64,000 bases of DNA from Octopus vulgaris. Its lineage: Eukaryota. A model generated the notes under the pieces. That model was not told where the DNA came from. It saw nothing but the letters and a program-made list of their open reading frames with translations, and did not search any database. The DNA is taken from positions 100,564,001 through 100,628,000 of the forward strand of contig OX597819.1 of assembly GCA_951406725.2 (NCBI GenBank), read 5' to 3'. This document shows positions 27,672 to 42,759 of this stretch, in pieces (positions within the stretch are counted from its first letter, which is position 1; each line of letters starts with the position of its first letter). Both the position numbers and the translations under genes were made by a program.

Positions 27672-28700
27672 CTCTCTTTCTATTTCTCCATCACTCATAC
27701 ATACACACAGACGTATGTGACCCCGTGTCTATGTGTCTTCATGCGTGTTTGCATCGTTGCTTGTTTTACATGTGAATGTGCAGTGATGCACATCCTATTG
27801 GAGATGTTTGGCAGATTAGTGGTGCTTTTATTGCAGCCGAACCTCTTGCAGCTGCTTATGTTGGTTTTCCTTGTAGCTGATGCTATTGTTTTTCTTGTAT
27901 TTGTTTTTTGCCTTTTGATTTGGTTTGTTTTTTTTTTGCTGAAATTTTTTTCTCTTAGATATTTTATTATTTTTTTTACTGTATTTATTACTTTATTTCT
28001 TCATTTGTTTATTTATTTTGGACACGCATGGAATTATCGCTGGTACTTGAAAACATCTTTCAGATAGTGATTTGCACTCGCAGAAGAGAGGGCAAGTGTC
28101 TGTGGTCACGTGTCAGTATAAAACATAAGAGTGACCGCTTTGAGGATAATCGTGTTTGCGGTGGTGATAGTGGCGATGGTGTGATGGTCGTTGGTATTAA
28201 GGCTGGTCATGACGATGGATGCTGCTGCTAATGATGAAGATGATGACGACGACGACGACAACGACGACAAGGAGTATTGGAATGATGATTGTAATGATGC
28301 ACACGAGGAATCCCAGGATTAACATCAACTACGACGACAATAATACACGCACACATATTCACTTATGCTAATGACAATGCATATCCATCACAGCATCATA
28401 AACTCTTCATTCTATACGACTGAGTACGTTATGGGGAAAATAGTTGTTGACACATACACACACAATTATGATAAATATTATGTGTGCATATATATATATA
28501 TATATAATGAGGCCAAATCAAATAGTGATATTTGAAATCATTTATTACATACGTCTGGAGTAGGCTTAATATATAATAGGAAGTGTAATTCATTACGTAA
28601 GTCCCTGTTCAGTTAAATCATTTCAAAATATCTAACATCGATTGATTGTAGTTTGTTATACTTGAGTCAAATCTTTTGGTAACGCGCTGTCCTTGCTACG

Positions 28701-28747
<47 letters not shown>

Positions 28748-28761
28748 TCTGCATGAATACA

Positions 28762-28823
<62 letters not shown>

Positions 28824-28909
28824 CATGTATATATGGATATACATAAACATATATAAACGTATATATATATATACACATATTAGAAGGTTTGGAGGTAATG
28901 TACAGGTAT

Positions 28910-29135
28910 TATATATTAGAAGAAATAAGGTACTCAGAAATCTGGATGGTTTTATATTTACAGATTTTTATTAATATGGGCTCTATAACATTTTTTTATA
29001 AATCATATATTGGCGTTCGTATGAGTCTACTATAGTAGATGCAAGCGCTAATATATGATTTATAAAAAACATGACATATTAAATAAAATATGTAAATATA
29101 AAACCATCCAGATTTCTGAGTATTTCTTCTAATAT
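28910..29135. repeat. Imperfect palindrome of about 225 bp in a TA microsatellite
   Basis: tactcagaaatctggatggttttatatttaca versus tgtaaatataaaaccatccagatttctgagta; centre tctactatagtaga. Confidence 0.85.
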
Positions 29136-29934
29136 ATCCATATATAGATAGATAGATGTACGTATATCTATGTGTATGTTTATAAACATATACATGCATA
29201 CTTACATACACACACATATATATATGCCTGTATGTAGGTATTTATGCATGTATGTATGTATTTATGTATGTATGTATTTTTGTATGCATGTATGTAAGAG
29301 TGACAATTGGTTGTTTGTATTGATTAAGACAAGACGTTCGCGCTGGTGTAGATGATAATATCCGAGTGACATCCGATCATTTAAAGGTCATGCAAAATAA
29401 TGAACGTCAAATCTTATAATTCCGGGTGTATACAGCCATCTAAACATTCACTCGTCTCTTTTTACTATTATCCCGCTACGTACAACTGTATAGAATTATT
29501 AAAGTCATGGAGCCTGTAAGTGTTTGCACGGGCACAAGAGATATATAATGTACACCGTAGACTCAGATGCATCAAGCCATATTTAAAGACAGTACGTTCT
29601 CTACTGTGGCACTATTGATCAAGAAACTACATCCTGGATATAGTTGGCACTTCAGAACGATCGAGATTACATGCACAGCAAAATGAAATGAATATTGAAA
29701 TGCATGGCAAACAGTTCGATATTCCAATTTTATAGTATCTAATGTCATGCTAATTATCATTGCATTAGTCCTACTTCGTTATCTTCATTATTTCTGTTTT
29801 ACCTTGTCTTCTTTCTTAATTATCATTTGTATTTATTCCAATCTCTCTTACAATTTCTCTCCTTCTTTCTTGCTTCCCCCTTATTTCTGTTAACGTTTTC
29901 TTCTACTCGCGCGCATAGAGAAATATACACACAC

Positions 29935-30051
<117 letters not shown>

Positions 30052-30440
30052 TGTATATATATATGTATGCGTGTATATACATATATATATATATATATAT
30101 ACCTATATATATATGTATATGTGTACATATATATAGGTGTGCATATATATATATATATATAGATAGATAGATAGATACATACATACATACATACATACAT
30201 ACATACATACATACATACATACATACATACATACATACATACATACATACGATGGAAAGAAGACAAAGACAATTCTGTAACACATCTTTAATTTTAAGTT
30301 ACAAATGTTTCCGTACCATCTCTATTCGCAAAGCCAGTTTACACAAAAATCCCCCCCCTCCAAATATATCTCTTATATATGTATATTCGAGAATGGACAA
30401 ACGAAAGAAAAGGTCACTCAACACACGCTCATCGGGAGTT

Positions 30441-30623
30441 ATATAGGTGGATTAGAACTGTTTGATTCAAATTCCGTGCTACTTTCAGTTTCAGAACTCT
30501 AACGGGACTTATCCTCGGGTCAGTGGAAAATTGTATTTACACCGGCCCGATTATGAGTCCCGTCAGGGGTTTTGAAACTGTAAGTAGAGCTGAATTTAAA
30601 TCAAACAATTCTGACCCCTATGT
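30441..30623. repeat. Hairpin / MITE-like inverted repeat, arms about 80 bp
   Basis: tagaactgtttgattcaaattc...aacgggacttat..cgggtcagtg versus caccggcccg..atgagtcccgtcag...gaatttaaatcaaacaattctga. Confidence 0.75.
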
Positions 30624-30830
30624 ATAAATATATATATATGTGTGTGTGTGTATGTGTGTGTATGTGTGTGTGTGTGTGTTATTCCTTTTCAAATGTCCTT
30701 TCTATCGTCATTTTTTTCTCTTTTCATTTCTTCATTTTTGCCTCTTTCTCTGACTCTCTCCATACTTCATTTTCACCACCCACACGCTCACACACACAGA
30801 CACACGCACAAACACACACACACGCGCACG

Positions 30831-30883
<53 letters not shown>

Positions 30884-31172
30884 TTCTTCCTTTGTTTCCT
30901 TTACACATTATTTCTTTCCACTCTTCATTCAAACATCAATCTTCTTTTCTATTCTAATTATTATTTCCGTTGCCTTTTTTTACCACCTTCCTCTCGTTTC
31001 TTTTTTCATTATTTCTCTTGATTTTTTTCCTTCTTCATTCCCTCTTTCTTTCTTCTTTCGTTCTTGTTTCCCCCTTTTTTTCTCTTTCTTATTCATTTGT
31101 TTCATAATTTCGAGCTTCACCCCTTTGCTTCTTCCTAATACCATTCTTATTCTTTTTTTCCCTTCATTCTTT

Positions 31173-31545
<373 letters not shown>

Positions 31546-31569
31546 ACTGCTAACAAAGTTAAACTCCGC

Positions 31570-33130
31570 CAAAATCACCACCATCAAATTCGCCACGAAT
31601 TCTAACTCTACCTCCAACACCGCACGAGTACCACCGCCACCTCCACTACTACTAACAACAAAATCATCATTGGTTCTACTGATTCTAACCCCAATTCCAG
31701 CACCACGGCCACCACTGCCTCCACCACCATACCACAACAACCACCGCTACCATCACCACCACCACTGCCACCGCCGACTCCATCACCACACCACCACATC
31801 AACTAACACTATGGTCACCACCCCTACTACCACCACAACCACTACCGCCACCACCGCCACCAACGCCCCCGTCACTCTAACCCTCACCACCACCACCACC
31901 ACCATTAGAAAACCACCGACACCATTACCACAACCACCACAACAACCACCACCAACACCACCACAACCAAAACGACAACCACCACCACCGCCAATACCAG
32001 CACAACCCCTACCACAACCACTGCCACCACCACCACCACCATATTTTCCAAAGACCACCACTCCACCGGTATGATTACCAAGAACGCCGCTAACTTCAAT
32101 ATCACCACTGCTACTACAAAGAACATTGCCATTACCACAACAAGGACCAGCACCCCTACCATCAAGACCACCATCGGCAACTCTATTAATACAACACCGC
32201 AACAACAACACTAACTATAAATACCACCAACGCAACCGTGGTTACCATTTCACCACTTGCACTACCACCACCATCGTCTTCAGTACTACAGTTACCACCA
32301 TCATCACTATCATCACCACCAACAACAACAACAATAAATCCCCCACTACCACCACGACCACCCACCATCACTTCCAGCACAACTACTGGCAAACCCCACC
32401 ACCTTCAAAATCACTCTTACCACCACAACCACCATCACCACTTCGACGAACACTTTCAATAACGCTGTCACCACCACCGATACCAACACCACCTCCACCA
32501 CCTCCACCACCAAAACTACCTCCACCACCACCACCACCACCACTACCACCAGCACCATCACCTCCACCACCAGTACCGCCAAAACCACCTCCACCACCTC
32601 CACCACCATCTTCACCACCATCACCTCCACCACCAGTACCGCCAAAACCACCACCCCACCACCACCCCCCACCACCATCTTCACCACCAGCACCTCCACC
32701 ACCAGTACCGCCAAAACCATAACCACCACCACCTCCACCACCACTACCACCAGCACCATCACCTCCACCACCAGTACCACCAAAACCACCTCTATCATCA
32801 CCACCACCACCATGACATTCAGTCTCATCACCACCACGACTACCACCATCATCACCAGTACTAGCACCACGACTATCACCTTCAATACCACCACCACCAC
32901 CACCACAACAACAACAACAACAATCACTGCTACTCACAATACGACTATTACCACAACAATCATCACCATTACCACTAACCTCTTCAACAGCCACCACCAC
33001 ACCACCACCACCACACCATCACCACTCTACCACTACAACCACTACGACGACCAACATTAATACCACCATCTCCGCCATCACCATGTTCAATACGACGGCC
33101 ACCATCACCGTTAACATTGCTAAGGCCACA
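31570..33130. repeat. Degenerate (ACC)n region with an internal higher-order repeat of about 60 bp (32540-32790)
   Basis: cacctccaccaccagtaccRccaaaacca occurs 4 times. Confidence 0.85.
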
Positions 33131-34414
33131 ACGATCTCCACAGTCACTGCTAACGTCACCCTCTCCAAGACTTCCTCTTTAATTTAAGCCATCTTCCGTC
33201 TACTGTCACCCACCCTGTTATCATCCCTTGCTGCTCTCCCTGCCTTCACCCTGACTAACCCGTCATACGCACCCCTATCTTACAACCATTGCAATATTTA
33301 CAATGAAAAAACAAAATAAAAATGCCTCCAGCCACCACATCTTCCCCCCCACAGTCAATTCGCACCCACATCTGTTCCCACCACCACCGGCTGTCACATA
33401 CACGCGCACACACAAACACTGTCATAAACTGACACACACACACACACAGGCACACACATACTCGGATTTACGAACGCACATGTCATACATATAAATACAG
33501 TAATATGCATTTATAGACAGACTCTCCTCTGTATTACTAGCCATACATATACACACACACATGCATATATACAGAGACTCACAAATATATGTATGTATGT
33601 GTGTGTGTGTGTATTGGTGTTCCCGTGTTATATATGCACGCAAGTTTACACAAAGGTGTATGGATATACATATATGAGAATACATCTTCAGATAGACATA
33701 TATAAATTCACATATATATACATACACATACGCGGACACACATTTAAAAAGGAAAGTGCACGTACATACAAACTAACAAGAGCATAACTTGTATACAAGC
33801 ATATGAATGGAAATACACTTATACAAATAGGCACACATTTAGACATATACAGAAAAGACACGTGCACATTGCTTAAATCGCGCTCACGATGTACGCAAGC
33901 ACTCATATAAATACATATGAAATATACATGCATATAGATATGAGTGCGCATAAATACTTACATACACCCACACACACACTCACACACAAATATATAAACG
34001 TGCACATCTCCATGTTCAATAGACACATGCATACGTATACATATACGTTTGCACATATGTACACTATCACATAAATACATAAGCGCATTCATAGCAATAG
34101 ACAAAGCCACACACATAGGCAGAATAGGAACACATACACAAAAGCATACGTAGACACATACACGTGTTTACATACACTTACACACAACTACACAGACACA
34201 CTGAATACAACTTCTGTACTCATTTTCACACACACACACACACATATATACACACACAAATATACACATATATATACAGCAAATACAAATATAGATGCAC
34301 ACGTACATGCTTACACACATTCAGAAAAATATCGAAACACATGTACAGACTCAAGACTACCTTTAGACACACAACTGCGACGCGGACACATATAATAGTG
34401 TTATCACATACATG

Positions 34415-34463
<49 letters not shown>

Positions 34464-34800
34464 CAGCATACACACATGCATACAAACTATGACAATTTAA
34501 ATAGATGTTTTATATTGATTAATTTCTTGCTACTTTATATTTTTTTAGTTGCTGTTGCTGTTGTTGCTGGTGATGGTAGTGATGGTTGTGGTAGTGTAGG
34601 CGCTACTCCTCCCACGTCTATTGCTGCTACCACGGTTGTTGTTGTGGTCTTTGCGACCTGGATGTAAATATATATATATATATATAAAGCATATATATAT
34701 ATATACATATAAAGCTTAATCGCAGTTAAATCAAACACAAGATGTCTTTAATACGAAAACGAGACATTGGACACTGTAGTGTCATACACACACATACATA

Positions 34801-34920
<120 letters not shown>

Positions 34921-34921
34921 G

Positions 34922-34954
<33 letters not shown>

Positions 34955-35110
34955 GCGTATGTTGTATACCTAAATAAAAAGCAGGATGATCACGGCAGGG
35001 ACGTCCTAATTATGCCTGTTCCGAGTATAGCCCTCCTGCGGCTAAATAACAACCACAAAAACAACACCGTTTTTGTCATGCTCCCCCTCCTCCTCTTCCT
35101 CCTCCTCCTC

Positions 35111-35174
<64 letters not shown>

Positions 35175-35983
35175 CACTACATCTGCAGTTAACCTAATTA
35201 TTTTCTTTCTTGCTTACTGTAATTGTATTACTTGAAGTAGTAGTAGTATTAGCAGTAGTAGTAGTGGTAGTAGTAGTAGCAGCAGCAGCAGCGGTAGTAG
35301 TATTACTTACTGTTGTTGTTGTTGTTATTGATGGTTATATCGCTGTTATTTTTGCTGTTCTTCCAGTTCTTTTTATAATTCTTGCCATTATTGCTGTAAT
35401 TTCTGTTTCTGTGAATATCAAATCAGCTTCAATTGAAGAAAACCAACAATATGGCTTAGAGAAAATACCTCAGAGGACCCTTCTACATAATAAACACTAA
35501 TACGTTGGTTTCTTTTACACACGTAACATAGTGAGTTGAAAAACTTGATTAACTGAGATTATACATCCAATTAGTAGACAAAGCATCCTCTAGAGGACCA
35601 CATCATCTGGCAATAAACAGCAAGGGAAACAACTCGAATATCATCCATTAACTGAAATTTTGGAAAATAGGTAAAATAACAAATGGGAGTGGATCGGGTT
35701 TTCGAAATAAATAAGTGAAAGCCAGAGATTTGTTTCAGCCTTATTTAATCTCGTCAGTGTACCATGTTAGTGGATGCTGCACACTCTCCCCCCACACACA
35801 TACAAATATATATGCATATATACACGCATATACATATTCATATATATATATATATATATGCATATATATATATATACATATATATACATATGCATATATA
35901 TATATATATATATATATAAACACACACACACACGCAAACACACACACACACGCAAACACACACACACACATACACACACACAC

Positions 35984-36016
<33 letters not shown>

Positions 36017-36794
36017 TATATATTTATCAATTTAATACATAACCGATAAAGCTACTAATAATTTCATGATTTCATGATACTTGAATAACCACATATATAA
36101 AATACGTTATGTATTTTATGCATTGTATATATTTTAATAGTAAAGAAGGTGTACATTAAGAAAATAAGGAAAACGGGAAAAAAACAAACAAACAAGAAAA
36201 AGACGTGAAGAAATGAACGCAAAAAATGGAACGAAAAGAAAGGAACGAAACCAAGATTCCTAAGATTCCCGTCCTACCTGATTGCTGAAATCACGTTGAA
36301 GACGACTAGTATAGAAGAAAATAACAGAAAGAATGACAAAGTCAGCAGACAGTAGAATTATTTTTGTTTTGAAAGAAAATGTCTATCTCGAAATCATTCA
36401 GTTTAGTATAAAATTTCGCCAAATGAGTCACTACATCTAACAAAGATTGAATAATGGACGCTTGGCAGATTTTAGTAGCAAACTGCAAAAATCTGTTGTC
36501 ATGTTAAATGTACTCTCTATATTCAGCAAACTAGTTAATGCTAAGAAGTTCAAATGTCAAACACCTTGCCAATTATCAAATATATGAGCGACACATCTAA
36601 CATGGAGAGGGAGATTGTATAAAAACTGTCTGAAAGCTCAACTAAACGTTAAAATCTTACCAATATAGAAGCTGATGCATTAAGATGATGATGACGATGA
36701 TTATAAATATATATATATGATGCACACTCAAACACACCCACGCACACGCGCGCGCACACACACACAAACATATATACACGAAAATGTATGGAGG

Positions 36795-37075
36795 GGAACT
36801 AAAGAGCCACAGGTCTTCACTTAGACTCCTAGAAAGCGGCAACTTTACGTCTTTAAATACAAATTGCATATAAAAGTAGAGGGAACGTCATACAAGATTA
36901 AATGGAAGCTTCTACAAAAGCCTGGACCATGCTTCAACGGGAGCAAACGATGCAAACCCTGTTAGGCCGAGACTGAAAGGATTTTTCAAAAATTCGCTTG
37001 ACCCGGTGGCATTCTTCATTTCCAAAAGCGAGATGCTTAGCTGGTGCGCTCATGAGAAAAATAAATGTTTTAGAC
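36795..37075 (+). pseudogene. Second PLE GIY-YIG endonuclease C-terminal remnant
   Basis: Manual translation HRSSLRLLE..NFTSL / KVEGTSYKIKWKLLQKPGPCFNGSKRCKPC*AE / SKSEMLSWCAH; same pattern as 18658-18946. Confidence 0.7.
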
Positions 37076-37259
37076 ATGGACTTCCAATTTTACTGACTAG
37101 TGAACAGAAATTGTACATAAACTGAACTATTGCGGACACAATTTGAACAGTTCAAGAACAGATGATTTCGTCTTCCCTTGAAGGGGTTTTCGCTTCGTAG
37201 AATTTCGTTTCGGGAATTTTATTCACAACCGTATTCATCAACGCTATATTCTTACCTCC

Positions 37260-37333
37260 ATTACTTAGGAGCTTATCTACCTCTAGCGTATATATTGCTA
37301 TAGCCAATGGTAGACGTGAAACTAATGTTAAAT
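37260..37333 (+). ncRNA. Decayed hammerhead motif downstream of the PLE remnant
   Basis: CTTAGGA gc ttatctacc...ggtaga cgt GAAA ctaat GTT; G5U substitution; stem II tctacc/ggtaga. Confidence 0.45.
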
Positions 37334-37377
37334 TTCTGGTCAGGCATAAACAACGACATTATATGAAAAAAATAATG

Positions 37378-37438
<61 letters not shown>

Positions 37439-38374
37439 TAAAGGTAACGTAGGATACAGGTGGTAAACCTGCTAAACCAGCGTGACTTCTGGAGCTCCAA
37501 CAAAATCTGTGATAAAAAGATAATAATAATAATGGTTCGATCATAAAATAATATATATATATATACATATATGCCTAAATACACACATACATGCACTTGC
37601 CTACATATGTATATATACATGCATATATGGGTACAAGACATAAAAAAACGTGAACAAAATGAGAAACAAGAACATAAAAAACAAAAGCATGGAAAACGAA
37701 CTTTTTTTTCGAACAACGAAAGGAACAAATAGAGAAACGAGAAGCCAACATAAAGAACATTCCCTTCCTCAGTTGTCCTCTGTTTTATCTACTCTGCGTT
37801 TCGAAGGTGGGGACAAGACGCGACTTCTTTAAAACAGTCCTTCCCTATAAGCATATTAGATAAGATTTGAGATATTTTGCGGAATAGTAAAGTGGTAACA
37901 AAAACAGGACAGTAAAAACGAAACAGTATAATCAGACGGTGAGGGCTGTTAAGCCATAACGAGGTGAAATGGTGAACGCTGGAAAAGCGAGCTTTGAGAA
38001 GAGACAGGCAAAAGCACGTCTTGTATTTAGGAAGAATGTGGAAGATAAAAAGATAAATAGCTGTAGGTCACGTGAGAGCAACGAGAAAGTCAAGGAGGAA
38101 GATTGAGAGAGAGAGAGGGGGAGAACGGTGAAGGGGAGAGGAGAATAAATGAAGAAAAGCAAGAGCAAGAACACCGAAGGCATAAGGAGTCAAAACGATG
38201 ATTGAATTAATTTCTACAAGTGCATACGCTTTATTTCTACAGTTAATTCTACAACATATTTAGTTTTAAATTTGCTTGACGTACGTTTCTGCTGCATAGA
38301 AAACTAGCACTTGCATTTGCAACGAGCTACTTTCAACTGGTTAGCAGTCGGTCGAAGTATTATATATATATATA

Positions 38375-38581
38375 TATAAATTCTTTTAATCGTTTCAGTC
38401 ATATGACCACGGCCATGCTGCAGCATTACCTTTAGTCGAACAAATGGACCCCAGTATTTATTCTTTGAAAGTGTAGTACTTATTCTAACGGTCGCTATTG
38501 CCAAACGGCTAAATTACGGGGACGTAATCACACCAACATCGGTGGTCAAGCGATTGTGAAGGGACAAGCACAGACACACAA

Positions 38582-38644
<63 letters not shown>

Positions 38645-38762
38645 CTTTGGTCGACCCGAGGCAATAGTAGTAGACACTTGCGTAAGCTGCCACGCAGTAG
38701 AACTGAACCTGAAATCGTGTGGTTCAGAAGCAAGCTTCTTGTCCCAAAACCACTCCTGTGTC
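38375..38762 (-). mobile_element. SINE family B
   Basis: Colinear with 14008-14425. Confidence 0.8.
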
Positions 38763-40977
38763 TATATGTATAATAATATAATATAAGAAAGGTGGCTAGG
38801 AGCAATATAAAGCCAAAAAGGAGAAATTCCTTTGTCACTAATAGTGACTGAGAGTGCCGAGTTGCACAAATTCAAAGTCCCTTATAGCCACAAGCATAGC
38901 AGAAGTCTATGTACTGATAGGGGAGTTAACCACCACATAGCGATCGAGAGTACTGTATTGGCAAGCCAATTTCACTTGGAATTAAAGCTCATCAATAGTA
39001 GTACTTCATCGCTGGCGGTTGTAGTAGTAGTAGTAGTGTTTCTTTTATTGCTACTGAGCAAGTTACAACCATTGAAGATTGTTGGTGCCATCTTTTTAAC
39101 TATTGTGTTGTTATTGCTGTTGTTGTTATTGTAATTGTTGGTTTTGTTTCTTGATGATACGAGCATACATTTTTGTAATGTTGTTGTTGCTGTTGTTGTC
39201 TTAAGTTTCCTTGCCGTTGTCATCTATGTTTTCGTTTGTTTTTTTTTCCGCTCTCTTATTGGTTCCATCGTCGATTCGAGTTCGTTTCATGCCATTGGTG
39301 TTCTTGCTCTTGTTTTTTTTTCAATTCTTGCTCGTGTTGCTGCCGTTGGTGGCGCTGTCTTGTGCGGCAGTGATTCCGTGGTGGGCTGGCTGTGCTAACG
39401 AAGCCAGTAGGGATCATGGTAGTGGTACTGATGGTGGCGGTGTTGGTGGCAACGGTGTCGAAAGTGATGGTGGTTGTAATGGTGTTGGTGAAGTTGGTGA
39501 TGGCGGTGGTGATAAGTTTGCTAGTGTTGGTGTTGGTGGTAAGGACAGTAGTGATGGTGTTGACAGTGGTGGTCATGGGCGTGGTAGCGGCGATGGCTGT
39601 GCTAGCGGTGGGGGTGGTGATGGTATTGGTGATGGCGGTGGTGCTGGTGAAGGTGCTAATGGTAGTAGTATTGATAGTTTGGGTGGTAGTGCTGAAGGTT
39701 GTGGTGGTGATTTTTGTGATTTTGATGATGATGATAATGATGATGATGATGATGATGATGATGATTATTGTGGGGACGGTGGTGCTAACGGTAGTGGTAG
39801 AGGTCGTGGTGTTGGTGGTAGTAGGAATGGTATTACCGCTGTTATATTTATACAAACTATTATTATTTCTGCTGCTGCTTCTATTCAGTTATCCGTATTG
39901 TCTTTGTTTAACCCCAGTTCAACGCTAATTGATTATATATACAAGATCAGCGGTGTTCCAACCATGACCACGCCGTTACATTTCTGCTATTGTTTATCTA
40001 AATTACACTGCACTGTTTTATCCAACACGTTCCAATATTTTAAAATAAAAGCGTGTTTAACTCAGCTGTTCTTTCTAGCAGATTAATCAACCGCATACAA
40101 TATCTCGATATTCTGTCCTGTGTCTTCTCATTCTTTGATTTACAGTTAATGTCGCTGTCGTTGGTGGAGTTGGCGGTGGTGATGCTTGTGAATACTTTTG
40201 TTAATGTATTTTTTATAGTTGGTTATTGTTGTTGCTGTGGTAGTTGTTTTTGTTGTTGTTGTTGTTGTTAATGCTACAGTTCCTGCTATTGTTGTTAACC
40301 TTGTTCGTATTTTGCATGTTTAATATTTGTTTTTAATATTTCTTTCGTTTCTGTTCTTTCTTTTTTCTGTCTTTCCTTTTTTCGCGCGTTTTTGTTGTAT
40401 TAGTTCATTTACTTCGATTGCACCCCACATTCCCACCGCCCCCGATCTGAAAAGAGAGCAAAAGAAAAAGAAAGGAAAAATACAAGCCAGGTTTTATTGA
40501 CCCTTAAAATATTTTCATAATTACATTTACGAAGGCTGGGCATGCCCCGCTTGCAATACATGTGACTGACGGAGGTATTGAATCCTGTTAAGCCGAGGCC
40601 AATCTCTATAATACTGCAACCCCCTACAATACCCTACCTTGAACCGGCCTCCTCTAATTACATTTAGTGCCAAGTTTCGGCTGTAACTCAGACAGGGGCT
40701 TACACAATATCACATATACAGACATGCTAAGACAAACAGAGGTGGTTCACGTCTTGAAGTTATACATAATTATTATACACGTTGATCCACGTCATATACA
40801 CGTAGGCACATATAAACAGGCACATATGAATACAACTAATGAACGTAGATTTTAATTTATGCCAATTTACATACATACACAACACACTCTCACGCGCACA
40901 CGAACACATGCACGGTGGCATACATAATTTCGCTCTAAATTTTACGTTTATACATACACTCGCACTCGTATGTGTAA

Positions 40978-40979
<2 letters not shown>

Positions 40980-41057
<78 letters not shown>

Positions 41058-41064
41058 GTATATA

Positions 41065-41113
<49 letters not shown>

Positions 41114-41169
41114 GTATATATATATATAAATATACATATATATATATAAATATACATATATATACATAC

Positions 41170-41222
<53 letters not shown>

Positions 41223-41262
41223 CATATATATACAAATATATATATACATATATACACACACA
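40980..41262. repeat. (TA)n microsatellite, interrupted
   Basis: Direct inspection. Confidence 0.95.
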
Positions 41263-41609
41263 TAGTGAGTTAGAGAAAACGAAAGAGAGGGAGAGTGTGT
41301 GAAAGAGAACTGAATATCGTAAGATGATGATTTTGTGTATCGTGCAATGATCACACAAAGCTTCCCATATGGAGTCGGCTATCAGTCTACACAGTAATCA
41401 GTAACGAAAAGTGTAATGCAGAGCGTCCATACAAATAATAATCCAGAAAACACGTTCGATGAAATTATTTGAAAAGGAGTATATAGAGCCATAAAGTCAG
41501 GAGGTATCAGAGGTTAATATATAGTTAATCCTATGGTAGTCACTTAGCTACATAGATATACATATTCACCTCACATAGGTCATGACCTTATGGTTTTACA
41601 GGCACACAG

Positions 41610-41645
<36 letters not shown>

Positions 41646-42408
41646 GTACATATACGTGTGAAGGTGTGTGTGTGTATAGCAGGATTTATATAAATTCACA
41701 TTTCTAGAGCCTATGCTTCTTAGGATGATCCTTTGTGCCCAAATGATATCTTCCTATAATATCGTTAGAATCTTAGCTTTCATGTAACACAATGCTTCAA
41801 GCAATATTACTGTATAGTCTTAATACTTACATATTAATATTCTATACATTCATTTTCGCCGCCCACTATTCCTGGGACGGTAAGTGGCATAGACCCCTCT
41901 GTCACCTCCTACACAGGCTCCTATAAAAAGCCATTGCTATTAAACTCTCCCATTTTATTCCAAAGATTGACTAACAGACTATGGACATCATCCAATCATT
42001 TTGCACATGGTCCGACTCTAGGTGAGCTACCGATTGTTGCAGCTTGAAGTATCTGTAATATCGTTCTACTTCATTTCACAACACTCTACTCTTCCACACA
42101 CTACTATAGTATGCTTGTTCTCTCCAACGTACTTTCCAATATAAATAGAAAGCCTAACATTATTCCCAGCTGGCTCTCGGAATACAGTAATCTCTTTCGT
42201 AAGACAGTAACACCGACGACAACGACAACAATAGAGCAGTAACATTATGTACCATATCGGGTACATAAATAACGTAATTGACTAATATATCATGTAATTG
42301 ACTATGAAGAGCAAAATCAATGTTGCAGTGTTAGTTCTTTAGTATCTTTATATATACATACAGATACATACATACATGCATACATACATACATACATACA
42401 TACATACA

Positions 42409-42484
<76 letters not shown>

Positions 42485-42488
<4 letters not shown>

Positions 42489-42700
42489 TTCAATATGTGA
42501 CCGCGTGTGTATCGTCGGCGATTTTCTTTCGCCGTCTTCCCTTCCTTGGACCTTTCCTTTTTGTATGTTTCTGAGGAAAAGCTCCGCTCCAAACGTTAAA
42601 TCCCTCTTCTTTCTTTCCTCTCCTAAGCGTCCAATAACACTATACTTGTTCCACGTCCTCGCGTTGCTGTGTTTTCTCTTTGTTCATGTTTGGATTAACT
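42485..42700 (+). mobile_element. Non-autonomous PLE-derived element of about 215 bp with a decayed HHR (42568-42600), inserted in (TA)n
   Basis: ttt CTGAGGA a aagc tcc gctc CAAA cg TT aaa; flanked on both sides by TA tracts; tail resembles 57540-57580. Confidence 0.6.

Positions 42701-42759
<59 letters not shown>

Noticed and set aside
32126-32722. Proline-rich ORF with PPPPVPPKP repeats (SH3-ligand or extensin-like)
   Set aside because: Lies in an ACC microsatellite with local duplications, has a non-ATG start, and equally long ORFs exist in other frames
39211-40086. 291-aa Gly/Asp-rich ORF
   Set aside because: Degenerate GGT/GAT repeat with no recognisable domain
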